Shown here one piece after another: positions 17,896-27,400 of a DNA stretch of 64,000 nucleotides; positions within the stretch are counted from its first letter, which is position 1, and each line of letters opens with the position of its first letter. The DNA is taken from assembly GCA_965279515.1 (NCBI GenBank), contig CBDIID010000003.1:3456001-3520000 (forward strand), read 5' to 3'. This DNA comes from Turneriella sp. (GTDB lineage: Bacteria; Spirochaetota; Leptospiria; Turneriellales; Turneriellaceae). A program made the translations under genes and the position numbers. The notes under the pieces are model-generated. The model worked only from the letters and a program-made list of their open reading frames with translations, had not been told where the DNA came from and made no database searches.

Positions 17896-19263
17896 TTAGC
17901 TTTCCAACGCAACCATATCTTCCATCGTCTCGCGGCGCTTGATGAGTTTGACTTCGCCTTTGGCTGACACCATCACAACCGCGGGTTTCATTTCGATAAA
18001 CTGCATCGACTGCGTCACGTTGTACGCGCCGACCGGGTGTATCACCACCTGCTCGCCGCGGTGCATGTTCGGCAGCAGGCATTTTTCGCGCACGACGTCG
18101 ATGTTCATGCAGAGCGGCCCGTAGAGAATGACATCTTCCCAGCTGCCCGAATAGTATTGCGTCGGCGAAACTTTCAGGTCATACCATGTGGACGTATAAA
18201 GAAGGTTTACACCCGCATCGAGAATGAGCGCGCGCTGGCCGCTTGCCAGCATTTTCGAACCGACGACCGACGAGACAAGAAAACCCGCCTCGTCGACCAA
18301 TGCCCGACCAGTTTCCAGAAAAAGCTGCGGTGGAGAATCCTCGCCGGGAAAATTTTCATAGAGCGTATCGCAAATCGCTTCGGCATATGCTTCAAAGCTG
18401 GGAATCCACGAGCTGTCGACCTTGTAGTGCGCCTTGAGTTTATTGCGCGAGGCAAAGCCGCCACCGAGATCGATGTAACGCAAAGGCTGGCCGAGTTCTT
18501 CGCGCAGCTGTTTGTAGAATTTGCTGACCTTCTCCGCGGCTTTTTTGTACGGCGCGGTTTCATACATGAAGGTACCGATATGCGAGTGCACGCCGATGAT
18601 CTTCAGTTTGCCGTCAACAGTAGCCATGCGGGCCGCTTCGAGTGCATGACCGCTTTCGAGATTAAAGCCGAAACGGCTCCATTGCGGCACCATGCCGGTG
18701 TCGAGGTTCAGGCGCAGCGCAATTTCAACGGGGCGGCCGAGTTCGTCGGATATCCTCTTGAGGTCGCGTATCTCGTCGAGGTGGTCGGCATGGATCTTGG
18801 CGCCTTCGGAAACGGCTTTTTTCAGAATTTCATAATTCTTATAAGGGCCGTTGAAGATAATCTTGTCGCCGGGAATGCCATTGTGCCGTGCCTTGAGGTA
18901 CTCAAAGCCCGAAACGACTTCGGCCCAGCTGCCTTCGCTGTGGAAGACATTGCAGATCGCATCGAGGTAGTTTGTCTTATACGACCACGCGGCCTGGAAC
19001 GAGGGGTAGCGCGAAGAGAACGCCTGGTTGAGTTCGCGCACCTTGCGGCGCAGCGTGTTCTCCGAAAAGACGAAGAGCGGCGAACCGAACTCTTTCACCA
19101 GATCGTCGATCGCCACACCGTCGATGTTCATCACAGGTTCAGGTACCGAGTAGCCGCCGAACTTGTTTGCGGCGCCCATATACTGTTTGCGGATGATTGG
19201 CCGGGAGTAGGGTTTGCGCACTGAGGTGCTTCCGGCTTGTTCTGTTGTATCTGTTTTTTTCAT
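17896..19263 (-). CDS. PLP-dependent fold-III (LysA/Orn-DAP-Arg decarboxylase family) enzyme with N-terminal extension
   Basis: WSYKTN (PLP Lys), SRFG, HSHIGT, DLGGGF, ETGRAL, GPLCMNID, GAYN. Confidence 0.88.
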   Translation of the reverse strand: MKKTDTTEQAGSTSVRKPYSRPIIRKQYMGAANKFGGYSVPEPVMNIDGVAIDDLVKEFGSPLFVFSENTLRRKVRELNQAFSSRYPSFQAAWSYKTNYLDAICNVFHSEGSWAEVVSGFEYLKARHNGIPGDKIIFNGPYKNYEILKKAVSEGAKIHADHLDEIRDLKRISDELGRPVEIALRLNLDTGMVPQWSRFGFNLESGHALEAARMATVDGKLKIIGVHSHIGTFMYETAPYKKAAEKVSKFYKQLREELGQPLRYIDLGGGFASRNKLKAHYKVDSSWIPSFEAYAEAICDTLYENFPGEDSPPQLFLETGRALVDEAGFLVSSVVGSKMLASGQRALILDAGVNLLYTSTWYDLKVSPTQYYSGSWEDVILYGPLCMNIDVVREKCLLPNMHRGEQVVIHPVGAYNVTQSMQFIEMKPAVVMVSAKGEVKLIKRRETMEDMVALES

Positions 19264-20381
19264 GCGACTGCCTTATGTGTCCCCACCCCCTGCCCCGCAC
19301 GCGGGGGAGGCTGGGAGGGGGAGCGGGGTGGCGCGTATGAAATCATCCCAACCGTCGACAGCGATTCAATGGTCGCCATCGGCACAATCTCATCGCGCGC
19401 GTGGCGGATGAATACCATGCCGACTTCGTATTCTGTGCGGGGCTCAACGCTCTCACCCAACGCGAGGGCGACATGCATTGCTGGCAGGTTCATGCCCGCG
19501 CGCGTCGCGAGGTAGGTCCATGCGGGAAAACGCGGATTCATTTCGATGAGAAAGACTTCGTCGGTCTTGTTCTCGACGATGAACTCGAGTTCGAAACCGC
19601 CGTCCCAGTTTAAAAACTGGATGAGCTTGCGCGTCATCTCGAGAATTTTTTCGTTTTTGATCGTGACCCCCGACCAGGCCTTGCCTTTGTCGGTGACGAA
19701 GAGCTTTTTCATCGCCACGGCGCCATAGAGTTTGCCGCGTTTTGCGAGGCCGGCGACGTTCATCTCTTCGCCGGAAATCATTTTCTGCGCGATGGCCGGG
19801 ACTCCCCACTGCGAAGCGAGCTTGTAAAACCAGCCGACAGCTTCTTCGGGGGAATACGCGGCATACGCCTCATAATACTGCCCCTTGACCAACAGGGGAA
19901 ATCCCAGTTTATCGAAAGATTCGCGCAGCGCCGCCACGTCGGAAATCCGCACCGTCTCGGGCGTCTTGACAATGTCGGTCGGAATTTTCTCTGCAAGCGT
20001 CGGTTTGTCGCGGAGTGCCAGGCTCTCTTTGAGGGGCAAGAGGAGTTTGATACCGAGATAGCGCAGCTCACCTTCGATTTTGATATAATTTTCGAGCTCA
20101 GAATCGAGCGTCGGCAGAATAACATCGATGCGTTCTTTTTTGTGGATCTCGGCGATACGGCTCAGCAGCGCGTCTGGCCCGGTGTTCGGGTAGGGCGTTA
20201 GGTAACAGGCCGAGACAAGATCATTCATGTAGTTACCCGCATCAAGCACGCCGTAGGTGATGCCGATATGGCGGTGGCGCGCCCCGGATTCTTTGAGCGA
20301 GCGTAAGACCGCGAGGCCAGGAGCCGGGCTATCGGCTGCATTCAGGCCCGTCACACAGACGGTGGTGCGGCGGCTTACCAT
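19260..20381 (-). CDS. ATP-grasp domain ligase
   Basis: DVILPTLDSEL, DK, FPLLVKG, Q..ISGEE, ELEF, LIEMNPRF motifs. Confidence 0.88.
   Translation of the reverse strand: MVSRRTTVCVTGLNAADSPAPGLAVLRSLKESGARHRHIGITYGVLDAGNYMNDLVSACYLTPYPNTGPDALLSRIAEIHKKERIDVILPTLDSELENYIKIEGELRYLGIKLLLPLKESLALRDKPTLAEKIPTDIVKTPETVRISDVAALRESFDKLGFPLLVKGQYYEAYAAYSPEEAVGWFYKLASQWGVPAIAQKMISGEEMNVAGLAKRGKLYGAVAMKKLFVTDKGKAWSGVTIKNEKILEMTRKLIQFLNWDGGFELEFIVENKTDEVFLIEMNPRFPAWTYLATRAGMNLPAMHVALALGESVEPRTEYEVGMVFIRHARDEIVPMATIESLSTVGMISYAPPRSPSQPPPRAGQGVGTHKAVA
19281..19331. repeat. GC-rich REP-like element C (in-frame in ATP-grasp C-terminus)
   Basis: CCCCACCCCCTGCCCCGCACGCGGGGGAGGCTGGGAGGGGG hairpin; encodes PPRSPSQPPPRAGQGVG. 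Confidence 0.7.
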
Positions 20382-20635
20382 CTTGTGCCTGCCGCGATTA
20401 ATCCCGCTTCCCTGAATTGCAGCAAAGCGTTGCTGACATCTTCGAGGGCTTGTGGTCCCGCGACTTCAAATTCGGCTGCCAGCGATTCGGCGATCTGCTG
20501 TTGTTGCAAGCCGTTCTTCAGCGATTTTAGAATGAAGATCGCCGATTCGTTGAGTGTGAAGGTATTCCCCGTCGCCGGGTCGAACAGAAACCCGGTCTCG
20601 GAAAGCGCGAGGTTTTTGATCTTGTTGAGCTCCAT
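20375..20635 (-). CDS. PqqD family protein / RiPP recognition element
   Basis: 86 aa: GFLFDPATGNTFTLNESAIFILKSL...IAESLAAEFEV...ALEDV..L..GLI, the typical RRE pattern; start ATG 20635. Confidence 0.87.
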   Translation of the reverse strand: MELNKIKNLALSETGFLFDPATGNTFTLNESAIFILKSLKNGLQQQQIAESLAAEFEVAGPQALEDVSNALLQFREAGLIAAGTRW

Positions 20636-20728
20636 ACAGGGGTGAGCTGCAAGCGGCCAAACCCGGACAAATTTTTGTTGTCTCGCCGAATCGCTTTCCG
20701 GCAATTAAAGGAGCTTTCGCCGGAATCT

Positions 20729-21649
20729 ATGCAGGAAATCCCGCTACACCAGATCGATAATTTTATGCTGCTCATGAAATGGGCACACCAAAAAGGCTTC
20801 GAAATGGCTGAACCCCACATCATGGAACCCCTGCGGCTCTATTATGGCCGCAAAGACCAGGAGGTGCACGATAACCTCTACAAGAACCTCGAGATACAGA
20901 AGAAGGTGAAGGAGTGGCGGATTGTCGCCAATATCTACCGCCATATTTTTCATGTCCTGTGTTTCGAGGCCGACCATCATCCTTTATTCAAGATGCTGAG
21001 TTCTTTCCTCATCGATCTTCAGGCCGAATCAGGGTTGCGTAAAACCACGTTCGCTTTTGAGTTTTTTAAAGCGTATGAATTTTCGCTGAAGAACCTGCAA
21101 GGCATCGTTTCCCAACAAGTGATGACGGGGATCCAGGAAGTGTTTGAAAGACACGACGATGTGCATGTCGTGGTTTCGCATGATCTGACCACGAACCAGC
21201 GTGAGCTGCTCAACCGCGAGGCGGGTGAGCTCTATAACAAAATTGAGCTGGCGTACGCGCGCGGCGACGAAGCGCAGATCAGTTACCTGCTTGCACAGTT
21301 CACCGGGCGCTTCTGTAATTTTCCTGAAGTTAAGTTCCGCGACGAAGTCGATGCCATGATCATGAAGATTGCCGAGAATAACGGCGCCTTCAAACAAGAT
21401 ATGCGCTCGCGCTTGGCCGTCCGCCTTTTTCAGTCGATCGCACGCTCGGCCGAGAAGATGGATATCAAGACGGCGGTGCGCGGCATCACCACCTACATCA
21501 TCACTTTCCAGGACGATCTGAGTTTGCCGTACCGTGAAGAACTCGATCATATTGAAGAGAAGATGTATAGTTTCATTCAGCAACATAATCTTTGGCATCG
21601 CGTGAAGTTGCAGCCCGGCCCGGGAAAGCCGCAAGTCGTCAGATCTTAG
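20729..21649 (+). CDS. hypothetical alpha-helical protein
   Basis: Long ORF, probable start ATG 20729; adjacent to the STAS gene. Confidence 0.75.
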   Translation: MQEIPLHQIDNFMLLMKWAHQKGFEMAEPHIMEPLRLYYGRKDQEVHDNLYKNLEIQKKVKEWRIVANIYRHIFHVLCFEADHHPLFKMLSSFLIDLQAESGLRKTTFAFEFFKAYEFSLKNLQGIVSQQVMTGIQEVFERHDDVHVVVSHDLTTNQRELLNREAGELYNKIELAYARGDEAQISYLLAQFTGRFCNFPEVKFRDEVDAMIMKIAENNGAFKQDMRSRLAVRLFQSIARSAEKMDIKTAVRGITTYIITFQDDLSLPYREELDHIEEKMYSFIQQHNLWHRVKLQPGPGKPQVVRS

Positions 21650-21656
21650 GAGCAGT

Positions 21657-21992
21657 ATGAGTATCAGAGTTTCAAAACGCAATACCGAGAAAGACGCGAT
21701 CTTTCAGCTCGAAGGCCGGCTCGACACTGCGGGCAGTGCAATCTTAAAGCTCGAACTGGATATGGCGACACAGAACCCCACGGGTAATATCATCATTGAT
21801 ATGAGCAAGGTCAGCTTTATCAGCTCGGCGGGCATCGGCATCACCGTCAAGGCGCAATCGATTCTGAAGCAAAAGGGTTTTGAGGTGCGTGTTGCGGCGG
21901 CGACCGAAGAGGTGAAGAAGGTCTATGACTTGCTGGGTTTTTCGCATGTCGTGAAGATCTTCGCGACGCTCAACGACGCGCTGAAAGCCTGA
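21657..21992 (+). CDS. STAS domain anti-sigma factor antagonist
   Basis: LEGRLD...IIIDMSKVSFISSAGIG; GGAG SD. Confidence 0.92.
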   Translation: MSIRVSKRNTEKDAIFQLEGRLDTAGSAILKLELDMATQNPTGNIIIDMSKVSFISSAGIGITVKAQSILKQKGFEVRVAAATEEVKKVYDLLGFSHVVKIFATLNDALKA

Positions 21993-22039
21993 TTTTCGCT
22001 TCGCGCGACAATCTTATCTGCCGAAGATCAAGATAGTAT

Positions 22040-23002
22040 ATGCGATGGATTCGATTGCCGGGGAAGCTCCTATTCTGCTTCCTGTTCATTTCAATTCTGA
22101 CGGCCAGTATTGCGCAGGGGGCCGAGGATAACACAGAACCCGAATTGTCCAAAATCGATAAGTTCGGCCCCAATCCTGGCAATCTTGCGATGTACGAATA
22201 TGTGCCGGAATTCGTATCCGAAAACAAACCGGCGCTCGTTGTCGCCTTACACGGCTGCAGCGGTTCGGCTAAACAATTCTCTAAGGCGGGATTCAACCAG
22301 CTCGCGGAAAAATACGGGTTTTTTGTGCTCTACCCGGAGCAAAAAACTGCAAACAATAATATCCGCTGTTTCAATCATTCGCGACCCAACATGGCTGATG
22401 CCCGCGCCCGCGAAACCGAATCGGTGTTGCAAATGGTCCGATACATGATCGCCGAGCATGGCATCAGTCCCAAGCATGTTTTTATTACCGGGTTTTCATC
22501 GGGTGGGCAGTTTGCGAATATTCTGGCGGCGAGCTATCCCGAGACATTCCGGGCTGCGGCGATTATCGCTGCCGGAGGGTATGTCTGCAAACCCGGCCAT
22601 ACCGGAATAAATGAATTTGTCGATTGTGACGACGAAGAAGACGAAATGGACGAGGCGCTGCTGACGCTTCCAGGCAAACCCCTGCGCTGGCCCAAGATTA
22701 GTATCTGGCATGGAAAAAAGGATAAAAACGTGCCTTACAATTCCATGGGGCTTGCGGTCGAACAATGGAAGTTTGCGCACAAGATTCGCCGTAAGCGCCA
22801 TACCCGGAAAGCATTGCCGGGAGACATACTCTATGAAGCGTACAAAACTTCCCGGGGCAATGTCATGATCGAGAGTTATTCGCTGAATGCCCAGGCGCAC
22901 ACGGTTCCTGTCAGCAAAGATTGCGGCGTTCCGGGCGGGGATTTCAGCCTCGGCAAAATATGCTTTGCGCGCAAAGCGATCCAGTTCTTTGGTATTCGCT
23001 AA
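22040..23002 (+). CDS. exported PHB depolymerase family esterase
   Basis: Signal peptide; FGPNPGNLAMYEYVP, LVVALHGC, TGFSSGG nucleophile elbow, WHGKKD..V. Confidence 0.87.
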   Translation: MRWIRLPGKLLFCFLFISILTASIAQGAEDNTEPELSKIDKFGPNPGNLAMYEYVPEFVSENKPALVVALHGCSGSAKQFSKAGFNQLAEKYGFFVLYPEQKTANNNIRCFNHSRPNMADARARETESVLQMVRYMIAEHGISPKHVFITGFSSGGQFANILAASYPETFRAAAIIAAGGYVCKPGHTGINEFVDCDDEEDEMDEALLTLPGKPLRWPKISIWHGKKDKNVPYNSMGLAVEQWKFAHKIRRKRHTRKALPGDILYEAYKTSRGNVMIESYSLNAQAHTVPVSKDCGVPGGDFSLGKICFARKAIQFFGIR

Positions 23003-23032
23003 AGCCTGTCGCGGAGACAGGCATTAAACCCC

Positions 23033-24547
23033 GTGGAGAAGCCCCGCAAAAAAATCTCGATCATCACGAAAATTTTTTCCGTTTTTCTCGCGATCACGGC
23101 GCTCGATCTTTCGGCAATTTACATCTTCACCGCGACAGGGCAGATCGATCAGATCGGCCGCAACGGTCTTCTGATCGCCGAAAATGCCGCGCTGAAAATT
23201 CTGCAGTTATTGCGCGATGTGCAAAATCCCGATCCGCTGAGCGATGCCGCCTTCCAAAAAAAGTTCGCCGCCGCTGCGGAATCTTCGGCCGCCTCTTTCA
23301 AAGATTGTGTGGCGGTGGGCCCTGATGGAAAACCCGTCGGCGCTGCCGCCGGGGCCGTCTCGCCGCGTGCACTGAAGGCGTTGCGGCTCTACGAGGCCGA
23401 GGGGCGGCTGTTCTACAGCGACCTTGCGCTCGGCGATTTTTCGGCCGATGTCTTTGTGCCCTTCCGTCCCGGCCTTAAGGCGGGGCTTTACGTCTTTGCC
23501 TGCAACGTGCCTTTGCAGTCGATCCGCGAATCTTTTGACCGGTTGCTGCGCCTAAGCCTCATCATTCTGCTCGTCACGCTCGTCATGCAGGCAGGGCTCG
23601 CGTGGTTTATTTATATGATTTTTATCCGCCGGCTGCGCGCGCTCGAAAAGGCCACGGTCAAAATCGGCGAGGGCGATTTCAGCGAAGTCATCAAGACCGG
23701 CAAGCGCAGCGATGAGATCGATCATCTTGCGCAGACGTTCAACGAGATGCGCCTGGCGCTCGCCGAAAAGACGCGCGTGCTCGAAGATACGCTCATGGAC
23801 CTTGAAAAGGCCAACTTCAATCTCGAGGGCGACCTGATTCTCGGCGAAGAGATTCAGCAGAGCATTTTGCCCGAAAAGACGGCGGGCAAAAATCTGGACT
23901 GGCAGGTGACATACCGCCCCTTGAGTAAAGTATCGGGGGATCTCTACGATGTCTATGACCTGGCCGGCGGCGCCACGGGAATTCTGCAGTTCGATGCCTC
24001 GGGCCATGGTGTACCCGCGGCGCTTTTGACCATGATGGCGAAGACGGCGTTTGTCGAAGCGATTCAAAAGACCGTGTGGCCGAACCAGGTCATTGCCTTC
24101 GTCAACGACGAACTTTCGTCGCACCTGCAAAAAACCGGTAATTTTCTGACGGCATTCTATGCTGTGGTGCGCCCCAACGGTAAGATGGTGTATTGCAATG
24201 CCGCGCATACGCAGGTCGTGATTCTGCGCGCCGGGGGTAAAATCGAGATACTCGATACAACATCGCTGAGTGTTGGTTTTGCGCCGCCGGGGGGTGAGTC
24301 CTTTCATGCAGCCGAGGTCGAGCTGCACCGGGGCGACCGCGTCATCATTCATACCGATGGCCTCAGTGAAACCGTAACAAAATCGGGAAAACCATTTGAA
24401 ACCGAAGGGCTGACGGCGATACTCGCGCGCTACGCGAAAGTAGACCTGAAAACCATGCACGCCGCAATCATCGACGAATGGAATGCCCAGGTCGAGCGCA
24501 CCGCGATTGAAGACGACGTCACCGTCGTTTCATTTGAATTCCGATGA
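23033..24547 (+). CDS. membrane HAMP + SpoIIE (PP2C) phosphatase
   Basis: Two TM segments, HAMP (DEIDHLAQTFNEM), SGDLYD, DASGHG, TDG, DDVT. Confidence 0.9.
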   Translation: MEKPRKKISIITKIFSVFLAITALDLSAIYIFTATGQIDQIGRNGLLIAENAALKILQLLRDVQNPDPLSDAAFQKKFAAAAESSAASFKDCVAVGPDGKPVGAAAGAVSPRALKALRLYEAEGRLFYSDLALGDFSADVFVPFRPGLKAGLYVFACNVPLQSIRESFDRLLRLSLIILLVTLVMQAGLAWFIYMIFIRRLRALEKATVKIGEGDFSEVIKTGKRSDEIDHLAQTFNEMRLALAEKTRVLEDTLMDLEKANFNLEGDLILGEEIQQSILPEKTAGKNLDWQVTYRPLSKVSGDLYDVYDLAGGATGILQFDASGHGVPAALLTMMAKTAFVEAIQKTVWPNQVIAFVNDELSSHLQKTGNFLTAFYAVVRPNGKMVYCNAAHTQVVILRAGGKIEILDTTSLSVGFAPPGGESFHAAEVELHRGDRVIIHTDGLSETVTKSGKPFETEGLTAILARYAKVDLKTMHAAIIDEWNAQVERTAIEDDVTVVSFEFR

Positions 24548-25854
24548 GCCTCAAAACACCGACGGTGTATCACACAGTCGCACTGCCCTTTGCCGTGCTC
24601 TGCCTCGTCTTGGGGCTCGGTTTTCTGCGGTTTACCGCCGGGATTGAAACCGAGGAACTTCGGCATCGCCTGAACAGCCTCACCTTACGTTCTGAATCGC
24701 GCGATGCCTCGGACCTTTTGATTCGCCTCGAAGAAGAACTCAGGGGCAATGCCGCGAAACTGACAAAACAGGAAATTCCCGAAGACGAGCTGCGCCTGCT
24801 CTCGGCTTTTCCCGAGCGCGCAACGGGCGATACTGGCTGGCTTTCACGGGAAGCGCTGCCGTTAAAATTTTTCCGCAATGTAATTTCACTGATGCAGCGC
24901 GCGGCAGGCATCAGGCCCGTGCAGCATATCTATCTCGACGACGAGCTCGATTTGATCACACTTGCGTACAACCTCGAACGCCGCCGCTATTATTCAGAGG
25001 CACTCGTGACATTCCAGAAGGCATTGAAGCCCGGTGTTTCGCCTGCGACGCGGGATTTTATCCTGCTGCACTCGGGGTATACGTTCTTTTTTCTCGCCGA
25101 GTACGATTCGGCGCGCAATGCCTGGAAAGATGTCATGGCCTCGCCGGCGAATGCCACGAACCGGGATATTGCAGAAAAGCTGGTGGCTTGGCTCGAACGT
25201 TTTCTCGCCAAGCGCGGCAAAACTGATTTAATCGCGAACAAGAAAAACCGCGCGCTGGAATTTTATCGTATCATGGCGTACAAAGATTCGCTTGAGGCGC
25301 TGTTGCAGGTCACGGAAGCCGAGCGCGATCAGAAGTATTATTACCTGCGCGGCCGGGTGCGCGAGGCGCCGGGTGAATACGCCGCCGCCGTTGAAGATTA
25401 CCGTAAAACGATTGTGAAAGATAGCGGCAGCGAAGTGGCGGCGCTCGCCAACCGCCGGCTCTACCTCATGGGTGCGTTTTATCGCCGCAACGAGCGGCTG
25501 GCCGAGGCGGCAAAAACCGCGGGCACGGGGTTCGGCGACGCAAAGTTTTTCGGCGCAGCTGTGCCTTATGCGGGAAATCCCACTGAGTTAAGAAGCGACG
25601 CGCCTCAAAAGGACTATGTGCCCGAAGAGGCCTACCAGGATCTCATTCGCACGACGGGGCAAAAACTCACCGAAAAGCCGGAGCAGGCGAAAAAGAAGCT
25701 GCTGACGGTGCGCATCAAGACGCATAACGGCTCGGTGATTACGGGCCGGCAGGTCGGGGCGAACGCCGAGTTGGTTATCATTGAGAACGAGAATGGACGA
25801 TTCCGCATACCGTCTGACGACATCGAAACTAAAGAAATTGTGTCCGGTAATTGA
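24544..25854 (+). CDS. membrane-anchored TPR protein with C-terminal small Sm-like module
   Basis: N-terminal TM, TPR helices, C-terminal VRIKTHNGSVITG...GRFRIP..DI; ATGA overlap with the upstream gene. Confidence 0.78.
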   Translation: MSLKTPTVYHTVALPFAVLCLVLGLGFLRFTAGIETEELRHRLNSLTLRSESRDASDLLIRLEEELRGNAAKLTKQEIPEDELRLLSAFPERATGDTGWLSREALPLKFFRNVISLMQRAAGIRPVQHIYLDDELDLITLAYNLERRRYYSEALVTFQKALKPGVSPATRDFILLHSGYTFFFLAEYDSARNAWKDVMASPANATNRDIAEKLVAWLERFLAKRGKTDLIANKKNRALEFYRIMAYKDSLEALLQVTEAERDQKYYYLRGRVREAPGEYAAAVEDYRKTIVKDSGSEVAALANRRLYLMGAFYRRNERLAEAAKTAGTGFGDAKFFGAAVPYAGNPTELRSDAPQKDYVPEEAYQDLIRTTGQKLTEKPEQAKKKLLTVRIKTHNGSVITGRQVGANAELVIIENENGRFRIPSDDIETKEIVSGN

Positions 25855-25927
25855 CGCGGTGCACTCTACCCTTTAACAGGGACCAAAAATACTTGTTACA
25901 GCTATTCCGTTGCCGATCATGGTATGA

Positions 25928-26470
25928 ATGTCCGGCGAGAGGGAGCTGAACGAGTCTTTGCGGTTACTTTACGAAGCGGAGGGCCCGAAGTTGTACGGAT
26001 ATCTCGTGAAAAAAGGCGGCGCCACGCTCGCCGAAGACATTATGCAAGAGGCCTTTACCCGGCTCTTTACCCGCCTGCGCAAGGCCGCCGACGTGTCGAA
26101 TGCCCGCGCCTACCTTTTCCAGATTGCCCGCCATCTTTTATACCATGAAACCGCTTCGTCGGCCAAGTTTACGTCGGATGCCCTGCTCGAGAACCGCGCG
26201 GCTCCCGAAGGCACGGGTGATCCCGACCGCCTGGCGGAACGCGACCTGCTTTCAACTCTCGGTGAGGCTGTGAAGATACTCAATGCCAAAGAAGCCGAGA
26301 TTTTCGAGATGCGCTGGAACCTGAACCTGACGCAGGTCGAGATCGCCGCGGCTCTCGATAAGAGCGAGCGGCAGATACGCCGCGATCTCGAGAAAATTGT
26401 TTCTAAACTGCGCGCCTTTTTCAAAGAAAGGGGTTGGGGCGACGCCGCTGCGGCGTTTGAGGCGCCATGA
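25928..26470 (+). CDS. ECF RNA polymerase sigma factor
   Basis: AEDIMQEAF, AYLFQIARH (region 2); LTQVEIAAALD (region 4 HTH). Confidence 0.9.
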   Translation: MSGERELNESLRLLYEAEGPKLYGYLVKKGGATLAEDIMQEAFTRLFTRLRKAADVSNARAYLFQIARHLLYHETASSAKFTSDALLENRAAPEGTGDPDRLAERDLLSTLGEAVKILNAKEAEIFEMRWNLNLTQVEIAAALDKSERQIRRDLEKIVSKLRAFFKERGWGDAAAAFEAP

Positions 26471-27378
26471 AAAAAGAACAACTCAAAGAAGAATTTTTCA
26501 AATACCTGGTCGACGAGCCTTCCACGGCTAAGGAAAAAATTGCCCGGCTCGCCGCCGAAGAGATGAGCGCGACAGCGATGGAACCACCCGCCGCGCTGTG
26601 GTCAAAAATTCAAAAAAAAATCTCTGAGCAACGTGCCATCGAAGATGTCAGTTTTGGCTCAAAACTGAAATCCCTATTCTCTCCGCCCCTGATGCCGGCC
26701 CTGACGCTGGGGGCTATCGGTATTCTTGTCGGCGCCTTTCTGCTCATCAGCCAGGGCAGCACGCCCAAAGAAGTTCCCCTTGTTGAAATCACGAAGGCGA
26801 TTCCCAAACAAAAGGGGGATGTTCTTTTGGCGAAGGGTATGCGCATCGAAAATCTCGGCGGCGGCACAATTGCGAGAATTGCAGGCAATACAGATAAAAT
26901 TATTTTATCGAGCGGTTCGTGGCAGATGGCACTCGAGCACAAGGCGCTCGAGAAACCTGTGCAGTTTATTTTCCCGGGCGGCGCGCTCGAGCCCATCGGT
27001 ACTGCTTTCACGATCACGATTGGCAACGATGGCACAGCTGTAAATCTGATCGAAGGCCGCATTCGCCTCTATGAACGGGACGCCGCAGACGCAAAAAAGT
27101 GGAAGTCGAGTGAAGTCGCCGCGCCTTTCCATGGCACGCTGAAGCCGGCCCCGGTCGAAACAGAAATTAAAATCGAAGCCGACATTGTCGAGAAAAAGAA
27201 AGAGATACCGTCGAAGTATGCTAACTATGTGGGCAAAGATATCAGCGTCGAACTCAAAAACGGCGATAGGCTTTCGGGCAAGCTGCGCGCGATCAAGGAT
27301 GGCGTGCTTTCGATCGCCAATGCTTCGGGCAATCTCAGAATCCGCGAACGCGATGTGGTCAGCCTTAGCCGCAATTGA
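26467..27378 (+). CDS. FecR-like anti-sigma factor with C-terminal Sm-like module
   Basis: PPAALWSKI, single TM, IGTAFTI...VNLIEGRI FecR pattern, C-terminal VELKNGDRLSGKL. Confidence 0.82.
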   Translation: MKKEQLKEEFFKYLVDEPSTAKEKIARLAAEEMSATAMEPPAALWSKIQKKISEQRAIEDVSFGSKLKSLFSPPLMPALTLGAIGILVGAFLLISQGSTPKEVPLVEITKAIPKQKGDVLLAKGMRIENLGGGTIARIAGNTDKIILSSGSWQMALEHKALEKPVQFIFPGGALEPIGTAFTITIGNDGTAVNLIEGRIRLYERDAADAKKWKSSEVAAPFHGTLKPAPVETEIKIEADIVEKKKEIPSKYANYVGKDISVELKNGDRLSGKLRAIKDGVLSIANASGNLRIRERDVVSLSRN

Positions 27379-27400
27379 TTCAATGGCGACAGACATGATC

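Noticed and set aside
18037..19224. 395-aa plus-strand ORF and similar long antisense ORFs (3234-3956, 23552-24460, 44564-45472, 46034-46816)
   Set aside because: Shadows of well-supported genes on the opposite strand; no recognisable motifs
17896..19263. Assigning the symbol lysA
   Set aside because: The fold is LysA-like, but the divergent PLP motif (WSYKTN), N-terminal extension and operon context leave the substrate uncertain
20636..20728. Free-standing RiPP precursor next to the PqqD gene
   Set aside because: Only about 90 nt lie between divergent genes and no convincing small ORF with SD was found; none was evident at 13657-13763 either
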